Source of the DNA: Hyphochytrium catenoides
Lineage: Eukaryota > Protista > Hyphochytriomycota
Direction: 5' to 3'
NCBI GenBank assembly: GCA_900088475.1
Contig: FLMG01001021.1
Span: 37,317 to 101,316 of the forward strand
Length of the DNA stretch: 64,000 nt
This document shows positions 12,102-24,100 of the stretch, in pieces. Numbering within the stretch: the stretch's first letter is position 1; each line of letters starts with the position of its first letter. Below the pieces are notes generated by a model. The model ran no database searches. It saw only the letters and a list, made by a program, of their open reading frames with translations, and was not told the origin of the DNA. Made by a program: the position numbers and the translations under genes.

Positions 12102-12282
12102 TGTCTTATCTACCGCCCTCAGTATAACGGACGTTTTGCCCTGAATGAATAAGCGTGATAGTAACCCCTAGACCAGCGTTTTTGGATACAACAAAGGTAG
12201 AGCACTAGGCTCGACTAGGCCAAGATCCCAATATTGGCCAGCCATGAGTGAGGAACAAGGAGCAATAACGTGCAGAAGAGCT

Positions 12283-15200
12283 TCAGCTGCTGATTTTGTG
12301 ACACTTCTTGAACTTCTTCCCGGATCCACATGGACATTTCTCATTGGGTCCAACCTAAAATATGCGACCTCAATACACAGAAACATTGGTCAGTTAGATA
12401 GAAATGTCCCCACCTTCGGAGCGACGGCCTTAGCCTTCGTGCCGAGTTCCCGCAGTGAGACTGGGCCAGAGCTCGCTCCGTTCCGCTCGTCCCTCTCTAC
12501 ACTTCGGCTCAGGGGTTGGCCCGCGGGCTGCCACTTTGGAAAGCTATATGAAGGCAAGCGTCCATAGACGGGCTCATCGAGTCTCATCTTCTGGAACTGC
12601 TGAGCGTAGACGTCCTCGAACGTTACCCTCCCTTTCTCCCCCATGCCTCCCATTTGCCCCCATAAGGAGCTGAGGCCTTTTAGCCCCGAGCTTTCTGGTC
12701 GGTGAAAGGAAGGTGGAACTGCTTGTGCTCCATTTGTGGACGAGGCAGGCGGAGGTGGATCCAAACCTTTTGCTTTCGCAAAGCACTGCGAACACATCCC
12801 CTCGGTCTCTGGCCTACGAAAAGGTTGCCAAGAAACTTTGAATGTCAGACGTGATGATAAGGAATTGGGCAGAGAGGTATGCAGGACAGAGAACCAAGAC
12901 CCACAAAATGGTGGGCCTAACAGGACGAATGCTGAGCGGCCGAGACCAAGAGAGATGCGCCGATAGGCAGTGTGATAGCAAGCTTAGAGCTGACCTTCCG
13001 TAAAAGCCGCAGCTATTAAGGCAAAGGGAAGGTTTGGAAGGTACGGACGAGCTAGCTAATAGCTCTCGGTTCTCTTTTGCGTCCTCTTCCTGTCTACTGG
13101 CAATTCCTAGGTTGTCATCCTCTTCAGTCGGTTTTGGCTGTTTCTTTTCTTCCCTTTTTTTCTGCCGAGCTAACCTCTTCGCTAACTGCTTCCTTTAGAA
13201 TGGAAAGACAGAGTGAGGTATGTTTTGGAGAAAGGTCAACTTTTTAGACATAAAGCGGCAAAAGGATGGGATGGACAAAGGCAGTCAAGCCACAAGGAAG
13301 CACTCAACAAGAGTGTGAGGTGATGAACGTCCTAGAGATAGGAGCATGGCTCTGACGCTACCGACGCACTCTGTAAGTTCTACACCATCGCCAGTCCCTG
13401 AAGTAGCAGTTAAGTTTTCTCTTTGATAAAATAGCATGTAAGCCTTTTGCCGAAAGACTTCCGCCTTCGACACCGGTTCAATCTGGAACAGTGAGAAGCT
13501 ATGAGGGACACAGGGAGTACGCATACATGTATACTTTCTTTCTCACTGGTGCTTTGGCCCTGTCAGACCCCAATGCTACTTTCAAACATGGCCAACACTT
13601 CCCATAAGTCTCGCACAGAGGACCCCAAGTTTTAGACCGGTCTCAGGCACTTAAAGGCCCTTCAGCACCAGAACACTCGGCATCCTTACCTTATCATCAT
13701 CTATCCTATTCCAGGTCCTTTTGGAGTCTCTAACATAGCAAACATAATGGCCAAAGGAGGATGACTGAAAGAGGTCCAAATGCACTAGTACTGCATACAG
13801 ACTATAGCGGGGGCGGTCGCCGATGCCTTCAACAATACAGGAGGCAGGTAGAATGACAAAGTTAGGGTTGAGGGCAGAATGTAACAACCAGGGACACTTT
13901 TACCATGCGACATGTACGGCCCCAAATCGAGCGTTTCCTTGAACGCTATGTCCTTATTAAGCTGGTTCGATATGAAGGAAAGCAAAAAACGACCAGGTTA
14001 GGACGTACCATTGAATAAAATAGAGAGCCAAGGCTCCTTAGCAACGTTAAGTAGAAAGGGAAAAAAGTGAAACAACAATTTTCTCTTCCTCGGTTGAGCG
14101 TCTCGCCAGCAATAGAGAAAGCAGAGAGTCGTTCAGGGTGAGAGAAAAGCACACGAGCGGACAAGAGAGGGAAGTTGAGTCAGACTAATGTTGCAAGAAA
14201 TTTTCCACACTAGTTGCCCTGTACCCCACCGACGATAATAGGACAGGGCCATCTGCAGCAGGCGTAAACAAACGGGCAAGAACCGAAAGGGCATAGAGCT
14301 CCAGACTTGAAAAGACACGATGAAGGTAACACGTCAAGGTGCATAAAAGCAGTGACGAGGTACCTTCCCATACAGTCCAGGTCGGAACCTCTTCAAGTGA
14401 ACCAATAGTATATTTGAAGCTTCGCACACAGTGATCTGTTTTCTTCCCTGCACCTCCTCTCGGCATCCTGAGCACCGAAACTTGTTAGAGCGGTCCAGTA
14501 CCTCTGGGCGGGTGAAAGCCTCCAGACATTCCTAGATCATCTCAGGGTTAGTGCATCCGGGAAAAGAGTACACCAAAGGCACAATGGCATCTGCCAAACG
14601 CGATATATATCTTTTTCGCTTAGAGTTAGCGAAAGCTGGCGAAAGGCTAGGGTCATTGTAAAGAACAATTGCACGCAACAACGCCCGTTTAAGTGGCCAC
14701 GCATGAGACAAGAGCTCATCGTGACCCTATAAGTCGAAAAACTGGGCGAAGTGGTATCTGATCAGTGATATAGGCTAAGCACATAAGGGAGATGCAGAGA
14801 ACAATGACTTATAGCACAACTACGCACCTCAACGCTATCCGAGACCTCTACCTCTAGGGAGAGATCTCGAAAATCTGTATATTTACTGCTTTCATGTTGG
14901 CAGCTACTGCAGATGAGCTGGTCCTGAAGTTTTCCGTTGAAAATCTGCCAAAGAGAAGAGTAACAGGAGGAAATTAGGCACCGGATGGGTGACAGCAAAC
15001 AAGACGTAGCGAGATTGCAGCTAACTGGCACTTCTCCACATAAGACGGGTGAAGTTGGGCAGGCCGCTGGCAAGTATTACTACCTGAGAGATTGCTGATG
15101 TCTCCTGCACCTCGAGTGTGAGAGTCGGGTCTGTGCTGCTCCGCTATGGATGGAGGGAGCAAATTAGCGAAGAGCCAACGTGGACCTGGGCACGTCTCTT

Positions 15201-17460
15201 CGATGCCTAGTCTTCCCTTGTCACTCTAGAGCCGCCAAACCTATGATTGCTCTTGCCCCTCAAATTCTCTCGCACACTTTTACAGATAAGGCGTGCGGGT
15301 GGCCTTCCGCTTTTGACACACTAGATGGGCCGTCGAGGAGCCAGGATCTACCTGCATTTCGTCTATGACATATTTAATGAACTCATGTGCGTCCTCCTGT
15401 TCATTTGAATAGCCAGCCGTCAGCCTCCAACGCAGTAAAGAGAGTGAAGCGGCATAGGTACTATGATACTCTTTTCCTGCGCATACGTGTATCCAGTTAT
15501 CCCTGTCTCCTCCGTCTCCTAACTGTTGAGCCTCTACTTATTTTTTTAACCTACTTCCTACTTTTGCCTTGCATACGCACCTGGGAGCCATTGACAAACT
15601 CCGAGCCTAACGATCGCAAGCAGGTTATCACAGGGCGCGCGACTATTGGCTGTTCCGCCTTTTCTGTCTGCACCAAGTAACTCAGTGTAAGGAAGACCAA
15701 CGTGTCGTAGAACTCTTTTTTAAAGTGCAGTGAGCGAAACGAGGGCAACACAAGACAATGAACTGGGCATGCACCGCAAAACGGTAAGCTTAACGTCGTG
15801 CGGAAAGCAGGCTTTACCTCGGCTAGCTGAGACTAGTAGAGCAGCATAGGGCTAGTGAGGAAAAGAGAGAGATAAGTCTAACGGACGCATACCAACTCTA
15901 TTTGATACTTCATCGCCAGAAGCATGTCCTCTGTCATAGGGACTGCCTGGTTTCTCCTTTCTTTGTACTCTGACGGATCTATCTACCTCCCAGCAAAAGA
16001 CAGTTGAGAGCAGCCCAGTTGTCAGACGACCCAGACGGAAAGGCAACGAGCAGAGTGTAGTTCGCCACAATTACAACTGAGTGAAATCAACTATCCGCCC
16101 AAGTGTATGCTATTTGACATATCCAGGTGCTAGACGGCCGTCACGGGGACAGGGAGTCACCGGGAAGAGAAGGGATCAGGAAGAAGAGATTACAGATAAC
16201 GAAGAGAACCGCCTTACATGGTGCTTGAGATAGCCCACCAAAGGAGCTGTATAGGTTAAGCATTGAAGGGCTGAGTTCAGGAAGCAGGTGACCCCAGTAT
16301 TGACTGCAAAAGGAGGCGCCAAGTTCAGTTGACAGGAACAGAGTCATATTATGTGGTAGTACGTATTGCAGTTGCATCTGGGGTTAATATAGCCAGAAGC
16401 CTTGACATACGCGCTGCAGATCAGTGGAAGAGGATAGGGTTGAAAGAGCTTTTACGTGGAGAATAAAAGGTGATAGAGTATGAGAGATACCTAGAAGGAT
16501 GCACATGAGGAGCGTTGCACCCAGCAGCACGCACCTAGACCTCCTCTAACATGAGGAACAGGCGTGTCCATGAGCTTGGAAAGTTGCGATGGTGGAAAGA
16601 GAGGATTAGCGACGGCCTTCCGCTTGTATTTGCTCTCAGGGACTTTAAGGAGGTTCTTTTTGCTCCCCCTAGGAGAGAGATTGCCTCCACCTCCTCCATC
16701 GGCTCCTCGTTGTCTGAGCTCCTTGCAAGCCACCTTGTGGCCTGGTAATCAGAGAGGAGAGATTTAGTCCTGAAGATTGGTGTCTTCCCTAAGCTTAGGC
16801 CAAGCACAATGCCAGCGCAGCCCGCATAGCGGAAAGCGGAAGAGAGGAAGATTGTCGTCTACCTAGTTCCCAGTCTTTCTTCTGACATTGGCTCGAGCTA
16901 TAGCGAGAGATGACACAGCCCAGAGGAGAACATGGTCAGATATTGGTAGGTCATCTAGAGCGACTAGAATAGCCCTGAGACCCCGGGGAGAGGCCAGCAA
17001 TTAGCGAAGAGAGGGTTGGACAACGAAGAGCCAGCTCTACCGAGGTAATTTGATCTCTGTTAGCAGAGCCGTACCAGTACCAGACCAGCTTACACTTGGA
17101 GCAGCGAGAGCTCGCTGGAGTTACGCAGCGGGCGCACAGGCCAACTTCTTGCTCCATGCTCCAAGGAGAACGTAGAAGAGGAGCAGGAAGGGACTACGAT
17201 TGCCGCAAGGGTGAAGAGAGGTGATCAAGCGGAAGCTCCCAGCAGACGACGCTGTTCACCTCACACTCGCGTGACTCTAGCCTCAGGTGGGACCTAGCAA
17301 GCGACTGTCCAATGACTGCAAAGCTCCAAAGAGTAGCAGCAGCAAGGGCCAACGGAGAAGAGAAATGCGTCAGGGAAGAGCTCCAACTGAAGCTCGAGAA
17401 CATAGAAAATGTTAGAGGATTCGCAGTGTTGAAGCTTCCCATGCTGATTCTATATTCCAT
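12283..17460 (-). CDS. Ubiquitin-specific protease (C19) with N-terminal hydrophobic segment and zf-MYND, C-terminal zf-A20 and SEC-C motif
   Basis: MYND CARC...RCSKCKLVWYC|SSQCQKKDWELGHKVAC; Cys box GLVNTGVTCFLNSALQCL; His box YSLYAVLVH...FGHYVCYVR...WNRIDD; KAYMLFYQR. Then A20 CLNSCGFYGRPETEGMCSQC and last exon VGPNEKCPCGSGKKFKKCH; stop TGA at 12283-12285. Start is 17460, or 17157 if the TM exon is not used. Confidence 0.9.
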
Positions 17461-18180
17461 ACTTATAATCACGGGATAAGAACGGTTAGAAGTCTCTTAT
17501 TCCGTATCTAATAGTCGATTCTCTTCAGTTGAAGATGTGGGTGGAGAGATTGAAGAACTGTGATCAGAACAGCTGGAGATGGAGCTCCGACCGCCAATGG
17601 CCAAGTGCGCCATCGACAAACGACCAAGCAAAGCTCGTCTCCCCGTATTATGTTGCTGTCGACCAGGTTATTAACACCGCTAGTGCTGGCCCATGCTGGG
17701 GAGAGTGAAGGACAATAGGTTCTGTTGGCTAACATAAACTGGATGCATAAAGGCCCTAACTGACAGCAGGAGATGATGTACCTTCGATAGGTACTAGCCG
17801 GCTTGCCTAACTAGCTGCACCAAACTATGCTCACACATTCTCCTTAGTAAGGCTGGCATCTGCACATATTCTTCCTCCGTCATTAAGGCCTGGCAGTTCA
17901 TGAAGTCTGGACGAGGTCTTCAGACAGACTCAGATTGAGGCGATATCCGGAAGCTGGCCTCGGCCCGTTATGTATTCTTCTTGATTTTTAGGCGTGTCCT
18001 TCCCATCCTATCAGTAAAGCTTGGTGATGGCATGTGCTGGCGGGGGCGGGCGCAGTGCAAGCCGTAAATAGAGTGGCCAGTGGCAGACAGTTGAACAGCA
18101 TTTTCTTGCGTGTTAATAACTTAGAAAAGGTGCCAGACTGTATGTTGGGGGAGGGGCTGTCAAGCGGAGTAGATAGTGTT

Positions 18181-21100
18181 TCAGATCCACTTGGACTCCC
18201 CCGTAACTGGATTGTAAAGGTAACTGTGGCCCGACTCCTCATCCACTGCAGTGATCCATTCTGACCCTGAAGTGGCACCAGCACCAGCTTCAGGTAAAGA
18301 AGGCTCATACTCAGCGCCATAGCCTTCTGCGGCGCTGTACTCAGGAGAGAAGGCTGGAAGACAACAGACAAGGAGGAAGAAGGGTGGGCAATCGGATTTA
18401 AGACTGACCGACCAAGAACCATAGATAGGGGCGGGATGAGGAGGCAGCAGTAATAGTGGGATAGTGAAGAAAGGAGTTCGCTAATGTACCTGGCATTGCG
18501 CCCTGTTGGCCACTCGAGTCCAGATAGGGTTCTGCTCCCTGAGAAACAGTAAAGGAAACGTGAGATTCCTCCTTTAATCCTCCTTCTACAAAGGCTGGCA
18601 AGCTGATGTTCAGCACTTGTTAACTTATTAATGACGATGGAGCTGATAGGGCAGGCCCTTTGTCGAGCCCCTTCCTTCTGCGTCATGTCAAACGTTCCTC
18701 TAGCTTGACCTTGCACATCACTTATTTATGCTACTTTATAGATCTTCTTCGCACCTGATAGTCATACCCATGGCCTTCAGCCTGGGTGGCATCCTGAGCA
18801 TAGGCTGTGTCCGCCTAGATACGTAAGAAACGGAGACAAGGGAAAGAATAAAGAGTGCTGGTAACTTAGGCGGTCTCATGCGCGCACGGATAAGGCCGAC
18901 AGAGCTGTACCTCCTTTTGTGGCCAGGCTTCAGGAGGGGGCTGATAGTAGGGGATAGAAGGATCATAGTCATAGCCATAGCCTTCTGCGGCTGTGTAGTC
19001 ACCGAGATAAGCGGGAGGAGTCGGCTGCTGACCCTGTTGACCCAATCTATTTCCTATGGTCATTAGGAACAGAACAAACCATACGTAAGGAGGTACGAGT
19101 CTTTGGACGAGTTGTCGATGGACGACTGAGATGTGGTGGACTTGAGCCAGAGATAGACTCCACCACAGCAAACATGAAGTAAGCTAGAAGCATCTCCTTT
19201 ACAGACACATAGAGATTCGGCGAATAAAAACGCAATGAGAGATCCGAAGGCCGGGCAAGTCTTAGATAACAGAAATTATGTGTGGAGCCACAGTATTGGT
19301 CATGTAGAGGTGTGTACCATCGTCATCGACAGGCTCTGCCTCGTGCATGGCCTTCTTCCCCTTCGAATGTATGAGCTGGAAGCAGGGATCGCAGAAGGGA
19401 TCATCGCACTGGGCACACCACTTCGTCGCGGCCTTCCTTTCGCATTCCACACAGCTGGAAATGAAAGGGTGAGAAGGAACGAAGTGAAAATGGCTCATGC
19501 AGAAAGAGCTAACAAATTATGCCGTGTGTAGAGCAGCAAATGGGAGATGACCGGAAAAAGGAGAGAGTTGAGACGCCAAGGGAAGAAGAGAACATGCCTG
19601 GCATCACTCACCGTCTTGGTCCAATGGCTTCGTACTCGTGCTCCTTCCTTCGGGTTGACTTGTGAAGTCTCTCAAAGCAAGAGTCGCAGAACTTATCTTC
19701 ACAGCGTTTACAGTAAAAGGTCGCAACTTCCTTCTCGCACTCCACGCAGAAGCGACCTGGTAGGAAGATTGCAAGTTAGAAGGTGCATCGTGCTCATACT
19801 TCTTGATCTATTGACATCGCGTTCGTCCTCAGTACCTCTTCCTATGTCAGCTTCCTCGTCCTCATTCATGAAAGTGGAGGGATCCTCTATCACGTCCCCA
19901 GACATTAGTACCATGCTCCCGTCATGACGAACGTAGCCTTTCTGTGGTGGGAGCCACATGGCCTCGCCCGTCTGTAAGAGAGAGGCCCAAATTCATGAAA
20001 ATTGTGATACATTCAGAACGCATGAGGGTCAATCAGAAAATACGGAGGCAAGAAGAGGCCTGTAACAAAGCCTTGGAGAACGATGAGGTAAAGAGAGAGC
20101 CACAAGAAGCCAATGGCGGGGCTCAAAGAGCTGAAGCTTGGTAGAGCACAGGACCATCAATGATGGGATGACGTCTCGTAAAGAACGTGCAATAGGAAGG
20201 AGATGATAGAAAAGGCAAACATAAGCAGCACCAAACGAAAGGAGCGAAGAGAACGGGTTAGAGTGATCTCAGCGCTTTGCAGGAGAGAGGTGAACGCCTA
20301 GAGAATGAAATGGGGGCTACCTCGGCTTTGTAGTAGAAAAACCTGTTGGCACTCTCATCGAACACTTCAGTCCATTGTCGAGCAAGCTGGATCATGTACT
20401 GAAACTTCTCACGTCGATACTCTCGCATGCGACGACGGACCTTCCAGCCACGATACATACCCTGATAGGCATAAGATACCAGAGTCCCAGAGGTGAGCCA
20501 CAAGCCAAAACGTGAAGAGCTAGCAGAGTCACAGGATCGCACACATATGAACGTTACCTGAATTTTGGCGGCAGCGAGGTCTTTCTCTCTTCTATCAGCA
20601 AGGTACATGTCCCGCTTGATTTGGTAGATCACGCGACCACGGTGTCCTCGATAGACCTAAGTGGATTGTTAGCGAATAGAGCGGCTATAGGGAAGGTATA
20701 GTAGAAGAGGCTTCTTTTGCCATTGTCTCTTAGCTAAGAAGCAGTAGACAAAGTGTCATAATGCGAGAGAAAGATTTATATATAGTGCGACAAAGACCCA
20801 AAAGTTCACTAGGCAAGGATATGACCTGTGACCTAGTTAAAGGATAGGCGAAGACGAAGAACAGACCTTCTGTATCTTCAAAGCACTTTGTTGCTCTCTC
20901 TTGATCTTCGCCCTGTACTCTATCCGTAGATCCCGACAGAGCTTTCGATCCCTACGGCCTCTGGCTAGCGCCTAGAAAGAGTGTTATTATCAGACGGAGA
21001 AGAATGCACGCTGGGACATGCCCAAGGGCCCAAGCGCAGGGAGAGGGAGAGGAGAGGAAGAGAGGAGCAGAGTAGGCAAGTGCATNNNNNNNNNNNNNNN

Positions 21101-24100
21101 NNNNNNNNNNNNNNNNNNNNNNNNNNNNNNNNNNNNNNNNNNNNGAAAGTTTCGGAGACTTTGAGGCAAAGGAAGTGCCGCCATGTTTGAAGAAAAATCT
21201 GAGCAGATCGAGGAGAAGCGATGCTATGAGTTATGCACACCTGGATTTTGGCCGCAGCAAGGTTCCTGTGGCGCTGCTCCTTAAGCTTGACATAGAGCTG
21301 ACGTGCGAGCATGCCCCGGGCCCTTGAAGTTAAGTATGGAGATGTCGCGTAAAAATGAAGGTTACGTAGCAGAAGTGGGAGGAGGCACCGAATTAATTCA
21401 GGCTAAGAAAGAGGTGTGGAGCTTCAGAAAGGATATTGAGGGATGAAGATCAGCAACTGACGGAAAGATCTCGACTCGAAAAGGGTTAGAAATGAGTTGC
21501 TGACGTACCGTGCTTGGATCTTAGTAGCTGCCTTGTTTCGGTCCCTCTCTACCCGCAATTTGTCGGCCAATCTCCGTGCCAGCCAGACACGTGCTCTCGA
21601 CTACATCGAATTGTTTGGTGCGATTCGGAAGTCAATCTCTCGTGCGAATCAGTGTTACTTAGAAGCACACTCATAGACACATATCAAATCTATCGATACC
21701 AGAGAGCAGGATGCTAAGAAGTAAGATGCGCACGAGGGGAGCGCAGAACTAGAAAGGGGATCATGCTGGAGCCTACCTGAATAACGATCGCCGCCTTCCT
21801 CTCTATGTTATCTCTTCTCCTCCTAGCCCTCCTCTTCTTCTCTAGAAGCTTCCTATAATACCTCTGGATCACTTGCGCTGCCTTATTTTGGCGAATGGAT
21901 GTGATCAGGAGTTTGAAACGCCGAGACTCAGCCTTGGATTTATAGAAAGCCTGGATTCGTGTCGCCGCCTAGGCAACGAGACAATGTGAGAGTGTGAATC
22001 AAAGAGAGATAGAAGACCCGGTAAAAGCGTCATTAACAGTTATTAGGCAAGGCGTAAACGGCTCGATATGACTCTTCGGTCCAAACACTAGTAAACTGCA
22101 AAGGAAAGCACTAGACAAGCCATCAAATCAATATACTGAACAGGGAAGTGAAATCGGGTTCAGGATCTTAGGTAATTGAAGGAGCAATTTAATAGGTAGG
22201 GAAGAAGATTGACAGGTCACGCTAAGGGGCGAATATCTTGGCAGAAAACGAAGTAGGGTACGCAGAGCAAAGTAGAGACCTTGTTCTCCCTGTCCCTCCG
22301 CTGTTGCTCCCTGATGAGCTTTGCTAAGCCGCGGGCGAAGTGACCGCTGAAAAAGCAGATTGAAGAGAGCAATAGAGTAAGTTCGAAAGAGAGAAAGAAT
22401 AGATGACGCCAGATTTATGAGAGTAGGTATAGAAATATATGTTGGACAAGCAGATTGGACGGGTAAGGATGGAAGAGGAACACGAGAGGACGGTCATAGC
22501 CCACACCGGTAAGCCCTCTGAATGGACCTAGCAGCCTTTTCCATGTTTGCCAGTCGCTCCTGCTTCCTAAATTGAGACACCATCCGAGCCCAGCGACGCC
22601 AAGCAGAGCTAAGGGATTTCTACAGCCGTGTGGGAAGACGTGGGAAGACAAGAAGGGGTTAATAGAGATAAGAACAGAGACCCGCAGGAGAAGACTAAAA
22701 TGAGCGGAGACAGAAGACGAAGCCTCAGCTACGAAGAGGGACTAGAAGATGCTTCTTGAAATGAAGGACAGTAAAATGGTATCGAGCACAGACAAGAGCC
22801 CGAAAGAGTAGGAACGGGGCTCAGCGGAGATGACGAGAAAAAGTCAGAATGTGCACTAGGTCGAGCAGAGATCAGAAGGACAGCCGAATGCGGAACTCAA
22901 GAGTATTCAGGGCAGGTGGTAGACTCAAGAAGGCGCTCGTATGCAGGAGTTAGTGATAGTTAGGATATAGTTGTCGGCACGACTCAGCAAAACTTACCGT
23001 CTCTTGGCTTCCAAAAATGCGTAGTAGTAGCTTAGCTCCCTTATACTGGAGGAACGCCGTCCGTTTTGCCTGTCGTTTTTCTTCTTTGATTGCATTCGTC
23101 CATCTATGGGCGACCATTAATAAAAGCAGGATGTGAGGAAGCTGAGAGAAGTAAGTGGTGCAAAAAAAGATCTGGTTTGGTCAGGCCTCAAGACTCTATC
23201 TAGAAGTATTATGAGATGATGAATGGACCTTCTTACCGAGAAAATGCCGACGTCAACAGTGAATGCGACAGCCTAAGGAGAATCCTTTCCACCTTCTGCA
23301 CCCCCCACTTCTTGATGTACAGCTAAGAAGAGGCGGTCAGGACACAGGACGCAGTTTCGCGGTTTCCAGATAAGGAAGAGAGAAACAGAGTGAAGGAAGA
23401 ATAATGAGAGATCCGAGGAGGAGGAGGTCAGTCCACTTCTTCTTATCTCCCGCCAGATACCTACATCTCCTTTCTAGGTTCTCTGTCCGCCTTATTCGCG
23501 CACCCGGAATCTCCGTCTGAGTTAATATCTCTCTCCTCTCTCTAGCTACAAGTTCTTGTGCTTTCGCCACTTACTCTGGCTTTGATATCGCTAATAGGAA
23601 CTATTTTATGGACCAGCTCTATGTCTTTCTTGACCAGTTTGTTCAGGATCTGCATGGATTGCAGCGTTTCATCGAGCTCGGCCCTCAGCTCTTCTGGCTG
23701 AGCCCGCAGCCCAGACCGGAGAACTCGAGGCGTGCTCCGACCTAGCGCTATCTCTTCTATTCTTCTTTTCGATTCTGGGGGGACAACATGCGACAGGAGC
23801 ACCGAGGGCAAGACTTAAATGATCATTGCGGCGAGCGAGGAGCAGTTGTACAAAGCCATGCGGGCGAAAGGGCTCAGAAGTGAAGACTCTTTCAGCCGAC
23901 GCCCTCACTTAAGATTGTTGGAGCGTGTATTCTGTCACAAGACTGCAACACTCCCACATGTCGCGAGGAGGGAGAGGAAGAAATCCAAAGGAATTTGTAA
24001 GGAAAGCGAAGCACGGACTCGCTGCGGTGAACGAAGAGATAACTCTACCGTTATATGTCGAACCTGCATTCGTACCTATAGTTAAAGGAGGAAAGCCTTG

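Noticed and set aside
17988-18716. 242-aa minus-strand ORF as a separate gene
   Set aside because: It overlaps the final IQ-gene exons in another frame; the WW-encoding frame ends at 18181.
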